Part shown: piece after piece, positions 55,391 to 64,000 of the stretch
How the letters are laid out: every line of letters starts with the position of its first letter
How positions within the stretch are numbered: position 1 is the first letter of the stretch
Source: the human T2T-CHM13v2.0 reference genome, Homo sapiens
Direction: 5' to 3' (one strand)
Length of the DNA: 64,000 nucleotides
NCBI RefSeq assembly: GCF_009914755.1
Contig: NC_060927.1
Notes under the pieces: model-generated
What the model was told of the DNA's origin: nothing
What the model saw: only the letters and a program-made list of their open reading frames with translations
The model's database searches: none
Position numbers and translations under genes: made by a program

Positions 55391-56049
55391 CCCTTCCCTG
55401 CCAAGGGAATGAACAAGGCAGCATCCCTGCCTTCAGGGAGCTTATAGTCTAGATGGGCAGACAAGCTCTGTGTGCATAAAAGGCAAGGGATTCTTCCAGG
55501 CCATGGAAAAGCACAAAAACTTAGGTGCTGTAGAAGCTAAGTGGAAGGTGGCTGCTGGGACTGGGTGACCAGGGATGGGTTCCTGGAGAAGAAGGCCTTG
55601 AGTTAGGTCTAATAGTCTTTGGGAAGGGAAAAGAGGGCATTCCAGTCAGGTGGAGCCCAGTGAGTAAAGGTACATTGGAATATTGAAGGCATGTTTGAGG
55701 CTGGCCGTGAGGCAGCCAGGCTTCTGAAACACAGCTTTTGGTGGGTAACAGGTGGGAGTTAAGACTGGCTGGGCAAGTGGGATGCAGATTGTGAGGAGCC
55801 TCAGGTTCCAAGCTTAACTTTTTCTGGAGGCAGCAGGGAACCACTGCAGCTCTTTGAACTAAGGAACACTAATAACGTCTGTATTCCAAGAAGATTTGTC
55901 CAGTCTGTGAATGGGAAAAACTTGGCACACTCCCTGATCCTGTGCTCATGGCAGACACAGTTAATCAATCTCAGCCTGGAGGCCAGGAGACAGTTTGGAA
56001 GCTGTTATAATATTCTGTTTGTAGGGTGAGGAGGGTGTACCCTGGATGA

Positions 56050-56379
<330 letters not shown>

Positions 56380-57409
56380 CATATCTCTCCACTTTTGATT
56401 TTAAGACGGATGAGGAGACAGGGCTTGCTGTGAATGTACAATGGTCTTCCATCTTTGGTACCCCAAGGACCAGTGTTTTTGGGACTCGAGCCTCCTCAGC
56501 AGCTCCCCGGCTTCCCTGTGTTTACTGTCCCAAGCAGTCTCTGATGTTCCCTGTAGGATCCTGGATCAGAGTCTGACAGCTGCAGCTATCCCTGGAGTCC
56601 AGCGCTGAGCCCTGGCCCAGAGGGAGAGGGGCTAGGGCCTGGCACGCCTGGCCACGTGGCCCCTAGGTCTGAGGTTCAGCAGCAAGCAGTGCACTGTGGC
56701 TTCCCATCTGTGCCTGCTTTGGCAATGATGCACATCTGAAATGTCTGACTGTTTGGGCAGGAGCTTGGCAAGCTGGGCCTCACTCTGGAAGAGGAGTGGA
56801 ATTTTCCTGAAATGATAAACCGTTTAAATTGGTCAGAACTTTCTAAAGTTACTGAGGTGCCAGAAATAGAAGGCAAGGATGCTCGCATTGTTGTAATTTC
56901 TCTCTTGATTTGCATTTAGAGCCAATTTTAATCCATGGAGATGGCAGCTTGATGTGACTACTAAATTTGGGCCAAATCCTACCTCTGCAGGACAGGGAAA
57001 AGTGTGGAGACCACTGCAGAGCAGAGGCCGCCCTTTCCATGACCACAGCTCCTGGCCTCTGCGAGATCCCGTCTCCATCCTCATCTGGCCCTGCCAGAAG
57101 GGTAGGACAGCTCCATTCCACCTGCCTGGAGAAGCCTCTGGAGCAGTCTGGGGAGAAGGAATGTTACTTCTCACTCCTCCCTGATTGGTGCTTGCACCGT
57201 GCTCCAGCAAGACTAACCACCTTATCCCACCTCATCCATGCCCCGAAGCTTGCCAAATCCTGCAGCCTTGTCTCCAAACAAGCCTTGAGTTCAGCCACTC
57301 CCTCCACCTCAATGGTCACCATCATCTGTCACCTGGAGCTTCCTCCCTGGTCTCCTTCTCCCTTCCACCTTTCCATACAGCAGCCAATGTGATCTGTTTA
57401 AAGAATCCT

Positions 57410-57801
<392 letters not shown>

Positions 57802-58175
57802 CTAGGTGCTTTGTGCACAACAGCCTTGTGGGGAGCATTATCACTTCCATCATGCCCTTCAGATAGATAAGGAAACTGAGTTGCAGAATGCTTCATAGCT
57901 CACCTGAGACTACACAGCTGTCAGCAGCAGAGCCTGGACCAGAACCCAGCTTGTCGAGGTCCAGAGTCCATGCAGCTTAAACTTAACCACTGTGCCGTAC
58001 TGGCTGCATCAAAGTCATGTCCTTCTGTGCCAACTCTGTTCTCACTAATCTCTGGCTTCTCATTGCACTGATAGCATCCAGCCCTTGCCAGGCCCTGCAG
58101 GATCTGCACTGGTCCCACCTCTGATCTCTCTCAGGCCATTTCCCTCTGCCCACTCTGCTCTGGTCAGAATGGACT

Positions 58176-58390
58176 GGGGTTGCAGAATGAAACACAGGAT
58201 GCGCGGTTAAATTTGAACTTCAGATAAGCAATGGGACTTTTTTGGTATAAATATATCCTGTGCAATATTTGGGACATATTTACACTAAGGAAATATTCAT
58301 TGTTTATCTGAAATCCACATTTAACTTCTGTTTGTGTGTATATGTGTGTGTGCATGCATGCATGTGTGCCACTGAATCTGGCAGCTCTGG
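58176..58390. mobile_element. MER53 hAT MITE (palindromic)
   Basis: 'gggttgc...acaggatgcgcggttaaatttgaacttcagataa...tgtttatctgaaatccacatttaact...aatctggcagctct'. Confidence 0.8.
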
Positions 58391-59239
58391 CCTGGACTCA
58401 TTCTGTTCCCCCAACTGCTGAGTGCATGCCCGCATCATGGCCCTCACTGCACTTTTTCCTCTGATGCAGTGCTCTTCTCCCGCTATGCCTGGCTGGCTCC
58501 TTCTCCTTTGTATTTTAGCTTAGGTATCACCTCCTCAGGGAAGCCTTCCCTCACCACTGATCTAAACTAGGCTCCCTGCTATTCTGCCCGACTATCCTCT
58601 CCTTTCCCCACGATTTGTGCTTACATATTTCACCTCCATCGAGCTTGCTTCCCCCAGAAGGCTCAATGAGCTGTGCGTTCCCTCAGGGAAGGAGCCACAT
58701 GTGCTTTGTTCATCACTGATGTGCAGTGCCAGCAAGGCCCAGGCCCATAGTACTTGTTATGTCAATACACATTTCTGCATTCACCTGTGCTGATCCCTCT
58801 TTCTGGAAGCCCTCCATCTCCCCTCACCTCATTTTCCACCTACTCTTTTAGTCTTTTCATTTTGTTTGATTCATTGTGGTTGATGAGCCAAGGTATGTCT
58901 GGGGTTAAGCTAGGAGAGTTCTCAGGAGCCCTCAAGAAGCTTGTGGTGAGGAAGACATTTGGAGCAGTGAGCTCTGGTGCAGTGTGCCTAGAAGCCTAGG
59001 AAGATGGCACAAGTGCCATGTTATGGGGACAGTGCCCTCCTAAAAGACTACTGAATGGACTGCCCTCAACTTCACTCCAGGAAAAGTCAACTCTCTTGCC
59101 CCTGTCCTAGGAGAGCTTTGCGCAGACCTTAACCATAAGGAGTTCCTGTGGCTCCTCTGCCTCATGACTCCCGAAGACAGAGGCTCTGCTGCTCCTTTGC
59201 ACATCCCCAGCTCCTCCTAACACAGCTTCAATCACAGTA

Positions 59240-60290
59240 GATTTGTTTATCCCTTAGAATGCTGTGGGCTGCAAGTAACAGAATCCATGACTCAAACTAC
59301 CATGTCAATAAGGAAATGTCTTATCTCATACTACAGGAAGCCTAGAGGCAGGGTGGGCAGATCCAGCAGCTCAGCAATGGCATCAGGGACCTGGGTCTCC
59401 TCTGTTGTCTTCAGCATGGATGCCATGCTAAGGACGTCTCCCCTTTGATCACCAGTGATCACACACAGTGAACACACACACACTTGGGTCTCTGTTCCTG
59501 TCTGTTTTTGCCCAGCATAAATGAGAGAATAAATTTCCCCAATCCTGGCACAGGTATCCTTATCCTCAGTCTGATAGGGACAATGACCCACTCTGGACCC
59601 TGGACATGTGCCAGGGAAACACCATGTTCTGATTAGCTTAGGGCAGAGGTTTCTAAACTTTCTTGGTTATGCCACCCTTAGTGCCTTAGTATTTTTTCAC
59701 AGCATTCTAGGCCAAAAGAAATACCCAATAGTTCCGTTTGTTAAGCCGTTAGGTACAAACAATTTAATAAGTATGTCTTAACAATTTTGCAGCCATTTGA
59801 AAAATTAATGCACATAAAATGGAAAGAAAAGTAATATTTTTATATCACTCTTAATTGCCCACAATTATTTGTTAATGGGATGTGTGTGCCTGTCGGGCCT
59901 GCACAACCTCTCAAACCTGGGAATTAGACTGGACCCGCTATTCTTTTTTCTTATTTACATAGATATTTGTGCAGTACTTATTTTTTATGACAGCAACCAT
60001 TGAAAACCTGGTTCCACAAAGCTATGACATCATGAATGTTAATATTGCGAAGTACCTTGAACTAATCTCATGATTCCAATGGATGTCACTGTGTTTCTTG
60101 AAAATTGAAAATATCACTTGGTGCTACTGTGAGTTCACTGCAGCACCTGGGGGCGCCTTGGTGCACCATCTGGGAAGCATGGGTTTAGGATAACTATTGT
60201 GCCTCTGAGGAGCTAGGCGTGAGGGAGGCCAATAGCTGCATGAAATCAAGGTTCTGTTTGGAAAGAGAAAAAAAGCAGTGGAGGCCAGGT
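59240..60290 (-). mobile_element. Old MLT1 (K/L-like) LTR split by MER119
   Basis: 'ggctgcaagtaacagaatccatgactcaaact...cagcagctcagcaatggcatcagggacc'; resumes after 60190 with 'aaatcaaggttctgtt'. Confidence 0.65.
59644..60182. mobile_element. MER119-like hAT-Charlie element
   Basis: Ends 'cagaggtttctaaact' and 'gagttcactgcagcacctgggggcgccttggtgcaccatctgggaagcatgg'; degenerate 8-bp TSD gcttaggg/gtttagga. Confidence 0.75.
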
Positions 60291-61509
60291 AGGTAACAGG
60301 ATCCACCAAAGTGGATATTAATGATTGTTGACTGGATGCTGAATTTCAAGGCCATCAAGAAAGGAAAAATACCTTTTAGCACTTGCTTTTTCATGCTTCC
60401 CATTAAGAAACCGTGAGAGAGTTCACTGCAGAAATTTAATTCCTATTACATACAATCATTTCACTTCATTTCTGTAGGATGGCTTTGTTCAACACATCAA
60501 TAACTAGTTCAGATGTTCTTAACCTCTTTTGTCCCAGACCTGTGAGCCCGTCACAGAAATGAGCTGTAGGAGACGTATGTTCACATGCTGACTTGACCCC
60601 TAATTCACTTTATTATTTTAGACACATTTTCTGATCGCTCTCAACCTCAGTTTCTGGTTGAGATCCGTAAAATGCCAGTCATCACTCCTACCCAATCTCC
60701 CCCAATGAGGATATCCTGTCCTGGAATTAGGGGTTTGCTGGTGAGCAAAACTGACTACAGCACTAGGGGCAGAGCCACCAGCAGGCCTTATTGACCAGAG
60801 CCATGACCCTTTCCTCCTGAGGGCCTCTGCGGCCCCTGACTAACCCTGTACTCATCCTGGGAGATCCTGGCTTGGCTCAGTCGCTGGCTGCCAGGCATGG
60901 AGCTGGCTCCTGACAAGGAGGCACATTTGTGATCATGGCTCTTTCTTTCCATCCTCATCCCAGAGAGAGGATTCTGTCCTGATCTTCCCCAACCCTCTAC
61001 CACCTAGAGTGTGCATCTGGCTTCTGGCTCACCATCGCCCCCAGGAAATGTCTACAGGATGAGTCATCAAGGTCCTCCCGAGCTCCCAGGTCCAATTCCT
61101 CCTTGGCTACTGCTCGGGCTTATCAGAGTCAGCGTCCTTGTTCCCCAGCAAGCCGAGTTCAGACAATCTCTTTCCGGAGATTATGTTCCCAAGCCTCTGT
61201 GGCGGCCAGGCCTTTGATAACCACCTGGTGAAGCGGCCTTCAACTCTCCTCCCACGGAAGCATTGAGTTTCAGAGCCGCCCTGCCTGAGGGGTGCTGCAC
61301 AGCCAGACCTCAGGTTAGATGAAAAGCAAGTGCCAGGAACTGCCTGGGCCAGACAGAGATGGGGCAAGGCCACTGCCAGATAGCTTGGGCCACTGTGGGC
61401 TGCGAGCATTTTCTCTCTTCCCTGACTCTGTTTACACCAACCTTAGAGACCCCCTTCAGCTGGGTTGATGTTTATAATTGAAAGCAAGCACATGCTCTGG
61501 TATCAAGCC

Positions 61510-61755
61510 CTTTATAGAGTATTTACTCTGTGCCAGGCACTGTTTTAAAATTTTTAAATTTTTAATTACATTCAATCCTCACCATCGCTTGATAAATAAT
61601 TTAATTTCCTTCATTCCCATTTTACATATTATAAGATTGAGGCTTAGGCCAGTCAAGTAACTTGCTCATGATCATGCTGCTGGCAAGTGGCAAAGCTGGG
61701 GCTTGAACCAATGCAGCTTGACACCAAAGCCTGGACCCTAACTCCTATACTGCCA
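61510..61755 (-). mobile_element. MIR SINE
   Basis: 'tatttactctgtgccaggcactg...ttcaatcctcac...cccattttaca...aagtaacttgc...gcttgaacc'. Confidence 0.8.
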
Positions 61756-62059
61756 GACTGAGTCACAAGCTGGGGGACATTAGGGACCCTCCAGTTCAAG
61801 CCTCCTGCTTGACCAATGAAGACTGTCATCAGCTCACTGGTGACAAATGTTCTGGAACCTGGTCTGCCTAGCTCCTGGGCCCAGAAATCTTTCCAAGGAT
61901 GTTCAAAGTCTTTTATTATGTGGGGAAGGTGGCCTTTGAGGGTGGGGAGAAAGGAGACTGTTTGGTACTTGCAAATCCCTGAATTGATAGCGGTGGCAAG
62001 ATACTTGGATTCAGAGCAGTGAGGTTTGTGGTTGAGGGATCCTCTGTCACAGGCACTAA

Positions 62060-62580
62060 GTACCATGTATTGAATTCGCTGTTTACCAAGTGTAAAATGG
62101 TCAGTCCTCCCAAAGGCGATTGGGCAACAGGGACCAAGAGCCCTAAAAATGTTCCTATACTTTACCCAATAATGCCACTTCTAGGACTGTATCCCAAAGA
62201 AATATTTTGAAATGCCAGCAAAGTTTTTCATATCATTGCTTTTGCAATGCCACAAAACAAACAAATATACAAAGCCTACACTAGAGGAATGCTTAGATTA
62301 ACCCTGGCTCAGCCCAGTGAAGGAAGACTATGCAGCCTTCAAAAATGGGGTTTACAAACAGAATTTAATGAAATGAGAAAAAGCTTACTGAAAATGTCAA
62401 GCCATAGGTGTGATGGGAGGAGCTGAACATCGAACCACAGAACGATAAATACTTTAGGATCTCAATTATGTAAAGAAAGTGAACCAGGTTGGGGAGGGGC
62501 AGGGGGAGACTGAAAGAAAAAATATCATAATTTTAATTGTCTCTCTCTGCAATTTTTGGTGTTTGTAAAATTGTCTACAG
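62060..62580 (+). mobile_element. Old L1 (L1ME-type) 3' end remnant
   Basis: 'tttacccaataatgccacttctaggactgtatcccaaagaaat', 'gactatgcagccttcaaaaat'. Confidence 0.7.
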
Positions 62581-64000
62581 ATTTAGCTCTACTTGTGTGG
62601 TTGGAGAAGACAACCAACCAACCAGCCATAACAATAAATAGAAGGGAAATGTTCCTGGCTGGTGTCTCTCCAGACTGTGAGGGCAGGGGCAGCTCTCACA
62701 GGGCACCAGGGCAGGGAGGGCTCGGGGAATGTCAGGGGCACCCATGCGCTGAACTGACCTAGAAAACTCCCTGCCTCAGAGCGATGGCATGGGGGCAGCA
62801 TTCCAGCTTGCCCTTACTCTGGGGAGCTGTTTGCGCACGGGGTTGCTGTGGGCAACTTTTCTGGCTGGGGTGCTTCTCCACACAGCCAGCTGAGCCACTT
62901 CGCCTGTTGGTCTGGGAGAGCCTAGCCTCTCAAAGCCTCATTGTTGACCCTCAGAGGAAGAAGCAACTTCACTGATAGAGTGACTCAGCTGGCCAAGAGT
63001 TGATACTTACCCCAGCTTCCCTTCATTCCCTCTGTAAAGCAGAACAAAGACTTGTTGCCTTGGGAAGGTGCTGATGCTTTGAGTACATAGGCAAAAGCAG
63101 AGCCTCCAGGCCAGAAGAGATCTGAGTTCAGGTCCAAGTTTGAGGTCCAGAGGGGTGGCTGGAGGGTCAGGAGAAACCTTGACATCCAGGATGCTCTGCA
63201 GGGTCCAGAGTGCTGGGCTTTAGTGGGCCCACCAAGTCCGGGCCACACCTCTCTTGGACACCCACCCATGTGGAGCTGAGCATCCAAATGGCTTGCATCC
63301 CAGGCAGGCCTCGCCTGGCTCCTGGCATGAGTGGACAGAGCCTGCACTCAGGATGTTGTGGCCCCAGCTGCATCAGCACTAACAGTACCTCCTACTTATT
63401 AGTGCCAGTCCTGCATGGTGGGCCCTGCCCAGAGCTACTCAGATCCACACAGAAGTCAGTAGCATGAACAGTTAGAACAGCCTGGGACCTGCCCCAACCC
63501 TAGGCCTGCTGCCTTGGGGAATCGACAGTGAATGCACTGTGGGTCAGTGTCGGGGAAAGAGGAGTCAGCCTCCATGAATAGCCATAGAATGTTGAGGAAG
63601 ATTCCTGCTTAAGCAAGCAAAGCAACTACTTCCACGTGGCGTGGTTGACAATGAGGCTCCATCATGTGGAAGCCTGAGCTCATCATAGCCTCCCTCTGTT
63701 CCTTTGATTGCCTGTGCTCTGGTTCACTCCTGAAGCCCCTCAGACTCAGGGGCCGAGTTGTGTCTCCAGCCCCAGAGCTGTGCACATTGCATGCATACGG
63801 CCACCACCCTGGATGACAATTCTTGACCGTAGCTGGCAACACACAGCACTTCAGCTCATTCTGGCAGTCCTCGTCTCTACTCTGGAGTCTGACTCACCCC
63901 ACAGGAGTGTTCTCGGGCTCACTTTGCTGGATATCATCAGGGCATCGCGTGCTCTCTCTCTGGTGGCTGGACTGGCTCAGCTAAAGTATGCTTGGCATCT

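Overview
Mammalian genomic DNA, almost certainly human: it carries AluJ/S/Y elements and a segment with AluYb8-diagnostic substitutions, and AluYb8 is a human-lineage subfamily. I found no credible protein-coding exon, tRNA, rRNA or CRISPR array and could not name the locus. The ORF track is explained by chance, Alu/MIR frames and non-ATG starts. About 0.5-12.3 kb is a T-rich stack of old antisense L1 carrying nested MLT1A, Alu, MER53 and MER1A insertions. The rest is more GC-rich, with dense MIR/L2 fragments, MaLR solo LTRs, hAT MITEs, about 12 Alus in the window overall, microsatellites, and repeat-free blocks that look like enhancers. Most interesting: (1) a 104-bp, ~91%-identical inverted repeat of apparently non-TE sequence (26035-26839) enclosing a minus-strand recursive-splice-site motif (polyY-CAG|GTAAGT) plus an 80-nt RS-exon-like unit; (2) an old AluS whose right arm appears overwritten by AluYb8 sequence; (3) a near-perfect 77-bp tandem duplication with a fold-back palindromic junction; (4) a diverged ~165-bp direct repeat pair. 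Repeat family names come from remembered consensus sequences and boundaries were read by eye. All functional interpretations are hypotheses.
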